The notes under the pieces were generated by a model, which searched no databases, had not been told where the DNA came from, and saw only the letters and a program-made list of their open reading frames with translations. Of a stretch of 64,000 nt of DNA, positions 1 to 12,224 are shown one piece after another. Source of the stretch: an uncultured Solirubrobacteraceae bacterium (GTDB lineage: Bacteria; Actinomycetota; Thermoleophilia; Solirubrobacterales; Solirubrobacteraceae); assembly GCA_964588985.1 (NCBI GenBank), contig CAZPQW010000004.1, positions 64,001-128,000 on the forward strand. The letters are read 5' to 3'. The position numbers were made by a program, and so were the translations under genes. How positions within the stretch are numbered: the first letter of the stretch is position 1; every line of letters starts with the position of its first letter.

Positions 1-1
1 G

Positions 2-1297
2 CTGAAGGCCGACTTCCAGACCGCCCAGGCCGTGACCCCCGGACAGGGCCAGGCGGTGACGATCGCGGGCGCGAAGATCGGCGAAATCCAGAGCGTCAAC
101 CTCAACCACGGGATCGCGACCGTGACGATGAGGATCGTCCCCAAATACGCGCGCATCTACCGCAACGCGACGATGCTGCTGCGCCCGAAGACCCAGCTGC
201 AGGACATCACCGTCGAGGTCAACCCCGGTACGCCCTCGGCCGGGAAGCTGAAGAGCGGCGCGACGATCCCGCTGTCGCAGACCGCGCCGAACGTGGACTT
301 CGACGAATTCCTCGCGGGTCTCGACGGCGAAACGCGCGCCTACCTGCAGGAGCTGTTGGCCGCGGCCGGCGAAGGGCTCAACCACAACGGCAGGGCGCTG
401 TCCGCGGCGCTCAAGCGCTTCGAGCCGAGCGCCCGCTACGGTCAGGAGATCGCCAGGGCGCTCCAGACACGCAACGCGAACATCGCCCGCTCGATCCACA
501 ACTTCCGCCTCCTCACCGAAGCGCTCGGCGGCAAGGACCAGCAGCTCGCTCAGCTGATCGACTCTTCCAACGCGGTGTTCACGACCTTCCGCGAAGAGGA
601 CGCCAATTGGGAACGAACCCTTCACCTGCTGCCCTCCGCGTTGCGCAAGACCGGGAAGGGACTCGGTACGCTCGCCAAGGCCACCGACCAGCTCGGCCCG
701 GCGCTGCACAAACTGCAGCCGTTCGCCAAGGCGCTCGCTCCCGGCAACGAACAGACCCAGATCCTGGCGAAGAAGACGACGCCGATATTCAAGAACGAAA
801 TCCGCCCGTTCGCGCGCGAAATACTGCCGGTCGTCAACGAACTGCAGCCCGCCACGCAGAAGCTGGGCGAAGCGTTCCCCAACCTCAAGATCAGCTTCTC
901 GGTGCTCAACGAATTCTTCAACGAGCTCGCGTACAACCCGAGCGCGAGCAAGCCGAACTTCCTGTTCTTCCTCGACTGGGGCAACCACAACCTCGACAGC
1001 GTCGTCAGCTCGGCGGACGCCAACGGGCCGCTCGGGCGCAGTCTCGTGTACCTCAACTGCAACCTCCTACCAATCCTGGAACCGGCCTCGAAGGTCAACC
1101 CGAATGTGAACCTGCTGATCGGCCTGCTCAAGCCTCCGACGAAGCAAGAATGCATCAACCAAGGTCTCAAGGCAGCTCCGTCGAGTCAGCGTGGTCACAC
1201 CACGAGCACGGGTGGCGGCCTGTTCTCGGGGCTCGAACAGCATCCGTTCGGCGGCACCTCCACACCCACGTCAAGCGCCAAGGCTGGGAAGAACTAG
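2..1297 (+). CDS. MCE/MlaD family protein (5'-partial, starts before window)
   Basis: Frame open from base 2 (LKADFQTAQAVTPGQGQAVTIAGAKIGEI...LRPKTQL); MCE domain then long helical region; adjacent to a second MCE gene and an ABC ATPase. Confidence 0.88.
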   Translation: MKADFQTAQAVTPGQGQAVTIAGAKIGEIQSVNLNHGIATVTMRIVPKYARIYRNATMLLRPKTQLQDITVEVNPGTPSAGKLKSGATIPLSQTAPNVDFDEFLAGLDGETRAYLQELLAAAGEGLNHNGRALSAALKRFEPSARYGQEIARALQTRNANIARSIHNFRLLTEALGGKDQQLAQLIDSSNAVFTTFREEDANWERTLHLLPSALRKTGKGLGTLAKATDQLGPALHKLQPFAKALAPGNEQTQILAKKTTPIFKNEIRPFAREILPVVNELQPATQKLGEAFPNLKISFSVLNEFFNELAYNPSASKPNFLFFLDWGNHNLDSVVSSADANGPLGRSLVYLNCNLLPILEPASKVNPNVNLLIGLLKPPTKQECINQGLKAAPSSQRGHTTSTGGGLFSGLEQHPFGGTSTPTSSAKAGKN

Positions 1298-2836
1298 ATG
1301 CAGAAGCGCGCCCCCACGCTCGGCAACATCCTCGTGATCATCCTGTTCGTGCTCAGCTGCTTCGGGCTGCTGATGTTCCTGTGGGAGTCCTTCGGCGGTC
1401 CGCTGCCGCTGAAGCCAAAGGGCTACCGCATCACGGTCCCCTTCCCGCGCACGCTCGCGCTCGCCGAACAGTCCGACGTGCGCATCAGCGGGGTGAATGT
1501 GGGCCATGTGATCTCGCTGCACCTCGGCAGCGACGGGCGCACCCACGCGACGCTCGAAATCGCCGGGCAATACGCGCCGATACGCGCCGACATGCACGCG
1601 ATCCTGCGCCAGAAGACGCTGCTGGGAGAGACCTACGTGCAGCTGATCCCTGAGGCACAGAGCGGACCGTTCCTGGGCGACGGCAAAGAGCTCGCGGTCA
1701 ACCAGGTCGAACCGTCGGTGACGCTCGACGACATCCTCTCGGCGTTTGACCCGAAGACGAGGCGCGACTTCCAGGTGTGGCTGCAGGCTGGCTCGGAAGG
1801 GCTGAAGGGCCGCGGCGAACAGGTCAACGCGTCGTTCGCCAAACTCGAACCGTTCGTCGAACACGCGAACAAGCTCGTGGCGATCCTCGACTCCCAGGAA
1901 GGCGCCGTGACCGCACTCGTGCACAACACGGGCGTCGTCTTCAACGCGCTCGCCAGCCGCGACCACCAGCTCGAAGGGATCATCGCCAACGGCGAGCGCA
2001 CGTTCCACGCCGCCGCCGAAGGCAGCCAGGCCTTCGCGCAGGCATTCCGCGAACTGCCGGCGTTCGAGAAGAACTCGCGCCAGGCGCTCAAAGAACTCGA
2101 CAGCCTCGCCGCCGTCGCGAACCCCTACTTCGACGAATTCAAGCCCGCCGAGCGTCAGCTGGGACTGACGCTCGGGGCGGCCAAGCCATTCGCGCCCCAG
2201 CTCGACAAGTTCCTGACAGGTCTCGGTCCGCTGACGAAGGCCGCGCAGAAGGGTCTGCCCGAAGTCAAGAAGACTCTGAACCTGACGACGCCCGTGCTCG
2301 AAAACCTGCGGCCGGTGCTGCACAACCTCGATCCCTTCCTGCAGTACACGGGCGAGTACGTGCCCGAGCTGCAGGCGTTCTTCGCCAACCTCACCGCCGC
2401 CACGCAGGGGAGCGAAAGCAACAGCAACACCGTCAACCCGACGACCGAAAAGGCACAAGGTCCCAAGGAGCACCTTCTGGCGACGATGGCCGTGCTGAGT
2501 CCGGAAAGCCTCGCTATCTACCCCAGCCGCATCGGCACGAACCGCGCCAACGCCTATCCGCTCCCCGGCGCGTTCCGCTCGCTTGCCAGCGGGCTGTCGG
2601 TGTTCGAATCGGGCTCGTGCGCGAACTCGGCTCCGTCGGTCAGCGGACCGGGCAACGAAGTCATCTCCGAAGAACTCATAAAAGATCTGACGACGCCTGT
2701 CCACCCGGGCGAATCGCCGGTCGCCAACACGCCCAAAGAAGCCAACGCCATCCCGGCTCCGGCCTGCAGCCAGCAGGGCCCGTTCACGTTCAATGGCAAG
2801 ACGAGTCAGTTCCCACACGCGATCTACGAAAAATGA
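1298..2836 (+). CDS. MCE/MlaD family protein
   Basis: N-terminal TM helix, MCE motif LAEQSDVRISGVNVGHV...LRQKTLLGETYVQL, helical tail; abuts upstream stop. Confidence 0.9.
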   Translation: MQKRAPTLGNILVIILFVLSCFGLLMFLWESFGGPLPLKPKGYRITVPFPRTLALAEQSDVRISGVNVGHVISLHLGSDGRTHATLEIAGQYAPIRADMHAILRQKTLLGETYVQLIPEAQSGPFLGDGKELAVNQVEPSVTLDDILSAFDPKTRRDFQVWLQAGSEGLKGRGEQVNASFAKLEPFVEHANKLVAILDSQEGAVTALVHNTGVVFNALASRDHQLEGIIANGERTFHAAAEGSQAFAQAFRELPAFEKNSRQALKELDSLAAVANPYFDEFKPAERQLGLTLGAAKPFAPQLDKFLTGLGPLTKAAQKGLPEVKKTLNLTTPVLENLRPVLHNLDPFLQYTGEYVPELQAFFANLTAATQGSESNSNTVNPTTEKAQGPKEHLLATMAVLSPESLAIYPSRIGTNRANAYPLPGAFRSLASGLSVFESGSCANSAPSVSGPGNEVISEELIKDLTTPVHPGESPVANTPKEANAIPAPACSQQGPFTFNGKTSQFPHAIYEK

Positions 2837-3663
2837 CGATGACCGACGACCCCAGCGACTTCCAGTACCACTCCAGCGAGCTCGACCTCTCGGGCGACCC
2901 CGACGCGGGCAACTGGTCGATCCGCTGCATCGACGTGCACAAGCGCCTCGGCGGCGTCCCGGTCCTGAACGGGCTGAACGTTGCTTTCCCCGACGACACG
3001 ATCACGGTCGTGCTGGGTCCGTCGGGCACGGGCAAGAGCGTGCTGATCAAGCACCTGATCGGGCTGATGTTCCCCGACTCGGGCGACATCATCGTCAAAG
3101 GGCAGTCGGTGCCGAAGCTGACGATGCCAAAGCTGCTCGAGCTGCGCCGCAAGATCGGCGTGCTGTTCCAGGACGGCGCGCTGTTCGGGTCGATGACGGT
3201 GTTCGACAACGTCGCCTTCCCGCTGCGCCAGCACACCGACTTCTCCGAGGCCATGATCAGGGAGCGCGTGACCCAGCGGCTCGCGGACGTCGGGTTGGGC
3301 GACGCGATGGACGACGCGCCGTCACAGCTCTCCGGCGGCATGCGCAAGCGTGCGGGGTTCGCGCGCGCGCTCGTGATGGAGCCCGACATCGTGATCTTCG
3401 ACGAGCCCGACTCGGGTCTGGATCCGGTGCGCACGGCGCTGCTGTGCGAGCTGATCCAGGAGATGCACTCGATCCACGGCGGCACCTACATCGTCGTCAC
3501 CCACGACATCGCCTCCGCGCGCAGGATCGGCGAATACATCGCGCTGTTGTGGCGCGGGCGGATCGTGGAGGCGGGCGACGCGGCGCGGATGTTCTCCTCC
3601 GAGAACGCGTTCGTGCGCCAGTTCCTGAGCGGATCGGCAGAGGGTCCGCTGACGATGGATTGA
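2833..3663 (+). CDS. ABC transporter ATP-binding protein, MlaF/Mkl type
   Basis: Walker A GPSGTGKS, LFQDGALF, LSGGMRKR signature, IFDEP Walker B; ATGA overlap with upstream stop (start revised from 1777). Confidence 0.9.
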   Translation: MTMTDDPSDFQYHSSELDLSGDPDAGNWSIRCIDVHKRLGGVPVLNGLNVAFPDDTITVVLGPSGTGKSVLIKHLIGLMFPDSGDIIVKGQSVPKLTMPKLLELRRKIGVLFQDGALFGSMTVFDNVAFPLRQHTDFSEAMIRERVTQRLADVGLGDAMDDAPSQLSGGMRKRAGFARALVMEPDIVIFDEPDSGLDPVRTALLCELIQEMHSIHGGTYIVVTHDIASARRIGEYIALLWRGRIVEAGDAARMFSSENAFVRQFLSGSAEGPLTMD

Positions 3664-3804
3664 GGGGCTTGGCCAAGGCTTCAAGGCAAGCAGCTCGCTG
3701 GGCAGACGTAACAATTATTCGTATTCGTCGAACCTGCGAACTATACGACCGGGATGGGATGTAGGGTCTCTTGAGTCATGGCGTTGGAGATCGCTGCCCC
3801 GCTT

Positions 3805-4020
3805 CTACTCGATGCCGCGCAACAGGTCGGCCGGTGTGGTGCCGAGCGCGCGAGCGAGTCGTAGCAGGGTGCGCGTCGTCGCATCGGCGTGCGCGTTCTC
3901 GAGTTCGTTGAGAAACGACAGGTCGACCCCGCTTAGCTGGGCGAGCTTGACCTGTGAGAACCCCGTGGCCTCGCGCGATGCGCGTAGGTTGCGAGCAAGC
4001 TGAGGCACTGGTTCGTGCAC
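3805..4020 (-). CDS. XRE-family helix-turn-helix regulator
   Basis: 71 aa, NLRASREATGFSQVKLAQLSGVDLSFLNELEN...TLLRLARALG. Confidence 0.8.
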   Translation of the reverse strand: MHEPVPQLARNLRASREATGFSQVKLAQLSGVDLSFLNELENAHADATTRTLLRLARALGTTPADLLRGIE

Positions 4021-4045
4021 AGCTTGGCTTTCCTTGTCCTGCGAT

Positions 4046-4073
4046 CCTGCACCTGTAGGCTATACCCCATAGC
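4046..4073. promoter_or_regulatory. Two adjacent palindromes between divergent XRE and TetR genes (putative operators)
   Basis: CCTGCA-CC-TGTAGG and GCTAT-ACCCC-ATAGC in a 68-bp intergenic gap. Confidence 0.4.
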
Positions 4074-4088
4074 GCGTTTCGGGGAAGC

Positions 4089-5057
4089 GTGACAACGGAC
4101 GAGCGAGTCGCGCTGGATCAGCGCACAAGGGTCATGCAGGCGCTGGCCGATGTGCTCGCGGAGCGTGGGTTCGCGGGCGCTACGGTCGTGCTGGTGGTCA
4201 CACGGGCGAGGGTCTCCACGCGGACGTTCTACGAGCTGTTCACTGGCTTGGAGGAGTGTCTGATTGCGATCATGGACAGCGTTCTGGAACAGGTGGTAGC
4301 GCTCGCCTCGCGAGAGCTTGCGCTGGCCGAGCGCTGGCAGGACGGGTTGCGCTCAGCGCTCGCTGCGGTGCTGACCTTCTTCGACCGCGAACCCGTGCTG
4401 GCGAGGGTGTTTATCGTGGAGGCGCTCGCGGGTGGCCCGGTCGTCCTCCAGCATCGTGAGGGCGTCATCGAGGCGTTGCGCGTGCCGGTCATAGAGCGCA
4501 TTGAGGGCGAAGTACTCGCCGTCGCGCCGCTTGTCGCCGAGGGCGTGATGGGCTCCGTGCTCGGGCTTATGCATGGGCACATCGTCAGGGACCGGCCCGG
4601 CCCATTTATCGAACTGCTCGGCCCGTTGATGGGACTTGCCATAGCGCCTTATCTGGCTGCTCGAAGTGTGGAACGGGAGATGGAGCAGGGAACCGCGCTC
4701 GCACGAGCGATTCTCAACTGCGACTTCCCTTCCACCGTGCCGGCGCAAGCCGAAGGACAGGATTTGGAACTGGATATGGAGCAGGGTGTTGTTCTCCCCG
4801 CGATGTTCGGGAACCCGAGTGCCCGTCGCGCGCGCGAATGTTTATTGTTTCTCGCCGAGCAGAGTGGGCGGGGATTCAGTCCTTCCAACCGTGAGATCGC
4901 CGTGGGAATCGATGTCGCCCACCGGTCGCAGATCTCAAAGCTGCTCGCATACCTCTCCCAGGAGGGTCTGGTGACGAAGCGCTCTGAGGGAAGCGGTAAG
5001 CGCAACGCATGGCGGCTCACGCCGCGTGGCGAAGATATAGCGCGAACGCTGCCGTAG
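4089..5057 (+). CDS. TetR-family regulator with C-terminal winged-helix domain
   Basis: N-terminal TetR HTH (LAERGFAGATVVLVVTRARVSTRTFYELF); C-terminal wHTH (SNREIAVGIDVAHRSQISKLLAYLSQEGLV...AWRLTPRG). Confidence 0.8.
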   Translation: MTTDERVALDQRTRVMQALADVLAERGFAGATVVLVVTRARVSTRTFYELFTGLEECLIAIMDSVLEQVVALASRELALAERWQDGLRSALAAVLTFFDREPVLARVFIVEALAGGPVVLQHREGVIEALRVPVIERIEGEVLAVAPLVAEGVMGSVLGLMHGHIVRDRPGPFIELLGPLMGLAIAPYLAARSVEREMEQGTALARAILNCDFPSTVPAQAEGQDLELDMEQGVVLPAMFGNPSARRARECLLFLAEQSGRGFSPSNREIAVGIDVAHRSQISKLLAYLSQEGLVTKRSEGSGKRNAWRLTPRGEDIARTLP

Positions 5058-5218
5058 CAGGGAAGTCAGCGTTAGCTGCCGCCAGTGCTGGCGATCTATT
5101 CGATACTCATCAAGCTATTCCCGTGAATGGAATTGCCTAAGACTGGTAACAGTCTGATGATATGGATTTTCTGGTTATTAACTCTTGACGGCCGTTGCAC
5201 CAGCCGGATAGAAGTTCC

Positions 5219-5329
5219 TCGGTGGCAAACTCGCCACCGACCAGACCTGCCTTGTGATGATCCCTTTGGTAAGGGGAATCACAAGAGGTGCTTCGACATG
5301 TTCACAGAGTGTTCAGTGAATCATGGGTC
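5219..5329 (+). promoter_or_regulatory. Three-hairpin structured leader or small RNA upstream of secreted protein gene
   Basis: TCGGTGGC/GCCACCGA (5219-5240); ACCT..CTTGTGAT..TCCCTT/AAGGGGA..ATCACAAG..AGGT (5245-5289); GACATG-TTCAC/GTGAA-TCAT..GTC (5295-5329); TTGACG at 5185. Confidence 0.45.
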
Positions 5330-5372
5330 AGTGCAGGACAGACAAACCGACGGCATAGAAAGGTATGGCCGG

Positions 5373-5744
5373 ATGACTCTAAGAATTGCGAAGTACAGGT
5401 ATGCGTCGCTAGTTGTCGCCTTCGTGGCGGCGCTTGCTATGGCAATGGCTGGGGCAGGTGCTGCTCGGGCTGGCATAACGGAAATCAGAAATCTACCGGG
5501 TAAAACGTGGACCTGTGGCTCGTGTGAATCTGGAACCTGGCACAGTCAGTATGCGGAAGCTTATGAAAGCGCGTCTACGATCTGCGTCGGACCGGTGACC
5601 TACAACGGTAGCTGGCATGTTCCGTACGGCTGGACTTGTGCGGGTCATGTAGCCCATTGGGAATACACCCCCATCAGTTCCTACCCCGGGGTCTATAATC
5701 CGAATTCAGGAACCTTTAAACTGATCTTTTCTCTTTGGTCTTAG
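5373..5744 (+). CDS. Small secreted Cys/Trp/Tyr-rich protein
   Basis: Signal peptide MTLRIAKYRYASLVVAFVAALAMAMAGAGAARA; ~90-aa mature part with 4 Cys; start revised from 5127. Confidence 0.65.
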   Translation: MTLRIAKYRYASLVVAFVAALAMAMAGAGAARAGITEIRNLPGKTWTCGSCESGTWHSQYAEAYESASTICVGPVTYNGSWHVPYGWTCAGHVAHWEYTPISSYPGVYNPNSGTFKLIFSLWS

Positions 5745-5782
5745 GCTCGCGGAAATCGGGCGCAGAATTTAGGTAGATCACG

Positions 5783-6475
5783 TTGCGTTCCTGGCTGGCT
5801 AAAAGTAGTTCGCGCGGTCAGGAGCGTAGCGTGTTGTTCGCATGTGCCATAATGGCGCTTAGCGCCATGCTTTCTGCTTGCGGCGCCGTGTCGGATCGTC
5901 CACAGCCAGCGACCATGTCACCCTCAGACTTCGCCGTCTTTGATGATGCGCCCGCCCCGTCTGACGCGCTCACAGGGGAAGTCGCTGCTGCGCTCTTGCG
6001 AAGCCTACAGCCAGAATTCGGCAAGGCACAAATCAAGGAAGCTCGCCGGGTGCTAGCCAATGATCCGGGCTGGCTGATACCCGCAGCCAACGGTGAAGTC
6101 TGCTTGGTTCAGCTTATCTATCCGGTGATCGGCGTAGTCCACGGTGAAGCCTTGCCGCCCGCGCCCGTCACGTCATGCGAGCCAGAAGTGCTAGCAGAGG
6201 CTGGGCAACTCGTGGGAACTCACTCACTCAGCGCCTCGCTCACCCAGGCGGCAGACAGCAACGTTACGGGCGTGGCGCCCAACGGAGTCGCGACGGTGAA
6301 GATCGTCTCGAGCCACGGCCGGAGCATTACCGTTGACGTTGTACGAAACGCCTATGAAGTGGTCGTACGCGACCCGGTGGCCGTTCGATTTACTACGACG
6401 AGCCACGGTAAGCCGACCCCACACACCGTTCGACTGACGACGTTCAGCGGCGGTGCCCGTTACGTAGAAAGGTAG
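5783..6475 (+). CDS. Putative lipoprotein
   Basis: Hydrophobic stretch ending in lipobox LSAC; C-terminal GVAPNGVATVKI..VVRNAY beta-rich segment; exact start uncertain. Confidence 0.6.
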   Translation: MRSWLAKSSSRGQERSVLFACAIMALSAMLSACGAVSDRPQPATMSPSDFAVFDDAPAPSDALTGEVAAALLRSLQPEFGKAQIKEARRVLANDPGWLIPAANGEVCLVQLIYPVIGVVHGEALPPAPVTSCEPEVLAEAGQLVGTHSLSASLTQAADSNVTGVAPNGVATVKIVSSHGRSITVDVVRNAYEVVVRDPVAVRFTTTSHGKPTPHTVRLTTFSGGARYVER

Positions 6476-6478
6476 GAT

Positions 6479-6865
6479 TCAGCGGGGCTGAGAGACCTCG
6501 ATGCCGAGAGCCTGTGCGGCGTCTGAAAGGCGGCTGTCATAGCAGTACAGGCGCTCGAGGTCTTCACCGAGGCTCACGACGGTTGCCAGGTGCAGGGCAT
6601 CGAGTGAACGCAGCTCGGCTGGATCCAGCTCGGCGGCGGCGTCGAGGATCGGCTGATCCAGCGGAACCAGCGTGATGGCTGTGATGGCGGCACGGGCGCG
6701 TTCGGAGGCCAGCTCGCCGTAGCGCCGGGCGGCGCGGCGGCCCTCCACGGTGAGCAGGGCGCTGCTGAGGAGTTCCCTGCCGGCTAGCTCGCGGCGCAGG
6801 GCAGCGCTCTCGGGCTCGGAGCGCACGAGCTTGATGAATGCCGAGGTGTCGAGGTAGTCGGGCAA
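6479..6865 (-). CDS. vapC: VapC-family PIN-domain toxin
   Basis: YLDTSAFIKL...LRSLDALHLATV...YCYDSRL PIN motifs. Confidence 0.9.
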   Translation of the reverse strand: MPDYLDTSAFIKLVRSEPESAALRRELAGRELLSSALLTVEGRRAARRYGELASERARAAITAITLVPLDQPILDAAAELDPAELRSLDALHLATVVSLGEDLERLYCYDSRLSDAAQALGIEVSQPR

Positions 6866-6870
6866 ACGCT

Positions 6871-7149
6871 CTACAGGCGCTCTGAGCGCAGCTCGTCCAG
6901 CACATCGCTCGACGGTGGGCCTGCAATCGGCGTTGGCAACTCCTGCAGGACGTCGAGCAGGTTGCCCTGCCCGCGTCTGGCTCCACGTTCGGCGACAAGC
7001 CGGTCGATGGCCGAGGCGCGTCCGGGCGCAGGCGTGAGCTGTGCGACCTCCTGCCCGCGATCGGTGATGAGAAACGACTCTCCATGTCGAGCCCGTTGGG
7101 CGTAGCGGCTGAGGTTCTGCCGCATCTCTCGGATACCCACATACTCCAT
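6871..7149 (-). CDS. Phd/YefM-type antitoxin (VapB partner)
   Basis: MEYVGIREMRQNLSRYAQRARHGESFLITDRGQEVAQL; TACAAT -10 lies 7 nt before ATG (leaderless); directly upstream of vapC. Confidence 0.88.
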   Translation of the reverse strand: MEYVGIREMRQNLSRYAQRARHGESFLITDRGQEVAQLTPAPGRASAIDRLVAERGARRGQGNLLDVLQELPTPIAGPPSSDVLDELRSERL

Positions 7150-7201
7150 GTGCGTCATTGTAGCGCTTTCAGATAGAGATTGACCCCGGCTGGATTCTAT
7201 G

Positions 7202-7215
7202 CGAACATACGTTCG
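7202..7215. promoter_or_regulatory. LexA (SOS) box
   Basis: CGAAC-ATAC-GTTCG matches Gram-positive consensus CGAAC-N4-GTTCG, immediately before imuB start. Confidence 0.9.
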
Positions 7216-7216
7216 T

Positions 7217-8422
7217 ATGATCGTGTGCGTGTATCTGCCCCGCTTCGAGTTGGCCGTGGCCGGCGCGGACGGCCGGTCGAAGGTCGCGCGCCAAACACTG
7301 GCGGGACGCGCGCTGGCGGTCGAGCCGCTGCCCGGGACGGAGCCGCGCGTGGGGGAGGTGTCGGGAGCTGCAGAAGCTTGCGGCGTGACGCGCGGGATGG
7401 CGCTCGGCGAGGCGCTCGCGCGCTGCCCGGAGCTGGTGCTCGTGCCCGGCGACCCGGTGAGGGTGGCCGAGACCTGGGAGAGCGCGATCTGCGCGCTCGA
7501 ATCGATCGGTGCGGATGTCGAGCCCGCCGGTCCAGGACTCGCGTACTTCGAGGCCGATGGACTGCGCGGTCTGCACGGGACGCAGGCCGCGACGATCGCC
7601 GCGGCCAGGCGTGCGCTCGCCCGCCCCGCGCGCATCGGCGCCGGCCCGACGCGCTTCTGCGCGCTGGCCGCCGCGCTGGCCGTCCGGTCGCGCCGACCGC
7701 TGGTGCTCGAGGGCAAGGAGGCACGACGTTGGCTGGCGGCGCGTCCGGTCTCGCTGCTCAGCTTTCGCGAGCAGACCGCGATGCTGGTGGAGCCGCTCTC
7801 GCGCCTGGGTGTGCGCACGCTCGGCGAGCTGGCGAAGATCGGGCGGTCTGCGCTGGCCGACCGCTTCGGGGAGCCGGGGGCGCTCGCGCACCGGCTGGCC
7901 TGCGGCGAGGACACACCGCTGCGCGTACGACGCCTGGAGGAGCGCCTGGAGGAGACGATGGAAGTCGGCGACGCGAGCTCCGGCGAGGCGCTCAAGCGCG
8001 TGATGGGTGTGCTCGTTGGCCGGCTGCTCGCCCGCGTGGAGCGCCGTGGGCGCACGCTGCGCGCGGTCACGCTCTCCGCGCGACTGCTGGCGGGCGGAGG
8101 CTGGCGTGAGCGCGTGGTCTTCCGCCAGGCGCTCGCCGACCCGGAGCGCATCTGGCTGGCGCTGTCGCTGCGCCTGCTGCTGCTCCCCGCGCCGGCCGCG
8201 ACGCTGGGCCTGGCCGTCGAGCGCTTCGGACCGCCCGCGAGCGAGCAGGGAGGGCTGCTCGCCGAGGATCGCGCCCGCGCCGCCCGCGCCGGGCGCCTGC
8301 GCGAGGCGATCGCCCAGACGCGCGCGGTGGCCGGCAGGGACGCGGCGCTGCGAGCCGTGTGCGTGGACCCCGACTCGCGGGTGCCCGAGCGGCGCGTGGT
8401 GCTCGCGCCGATCCCCGAATGA
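7217..8422 (+). CDS. imuB: ImuB-like inactive Y-family polymerase accessory protein
   Basis: IMS-like N-terminus (VSGAAEACGVTRGMALGEALARCPEL), LSRLGVRTLGELA HhH, no intact catalytic DE motif; upstream of dnaE2 under a LexA box. Confidence 0.8.
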   Translation: MIVCVYLPRFELAVAGADGRSKVARQTLAGRALAVEPLPGTEPRVGEVSGAAEACGVTRGMALGEALARCPELVLVPGDPVRVAETWESAICALESIGADVEPAGPGLAYFEADGLRGLHGTQAATIAAARRALARPARIGAGPTRFCALAAALAVRSRRPLVLEGKEARRWLAARPVSLLSFREQTAMLVEPLSRLGVRTLGELAKIGRSALADRFGEPGALAHRLACGEDTPLRVRRLEERLEETMEVGDASSGEALKRVMGVLVGRLLARVERRGRTLRAVTLSARLLAGGGWRERVVFRQALADPERIWLALSLRLLLLPAPAATLGLAVERFGPPASEQGGLLAEDRARAARAGRLREAIAQTRAVAGRDAALRAVCVDPDSRVPERRVVLAPIPE

Positions 8423-8658
8423 CCGCCCACGCGCTCAACCCTCCTCGGCCCGCGCGCATACGCTGGCGCGACGGTTTCCCCGCGCAGGTGAACGGCGAAG
8501 CGGTCGAGTCGCTGCGCGAGTCCTGGCTGGTCGAGGACCGCTGGTGGACCGACGAGCCACTGCGGCGCCGCTACTGGGAGCTGGTGGGCGAGCGCGGACG
8601 CAACGTGGTGATCTTCCATGACCTGTGCACAGGCCAGTGGTTTATGCAGGGCTCGTAG
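8419..8658 (+). CDS. Small protein resembling the ImuB C-terminal domain (DUF6504-like)
   Basis: 79 aa, ESWLVEDRWW..RRRYWEL..IFHDLCTGQWF; ATGA overlap with imuB stop. Confidence 0.7.
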   Translation: MTAHALNPPRPARIRWRDGFPAQVNGEAVESLRESWLVEDRWWTDEPLRRRYWELVGERGRNVVIFHDLCTGQWFMQGS

Positions 8659-8668
8659 GGAGATCGCG

Positions 8669-12190
<3,522 letters not shown>

Positions 12191-12224
12191 GGGCAGCGAA
12201 CACGAGTCCGGCTACCCTGAGCGC

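Noticed and set aside
3714-3743. TATTCG-TATTCG-T-CGAAC..CGAAC dyad after the MCE operon
   Set aside because: Too short and irregular to call as a LexA box, terminator or att site.
5219-5290. c-di-GMP-I riboswitch (GGCAAAC)
   Set aside because: The GNRA-capped P2 and following GACGCAAAG element are absent; kept only as an unassigned structured leader.
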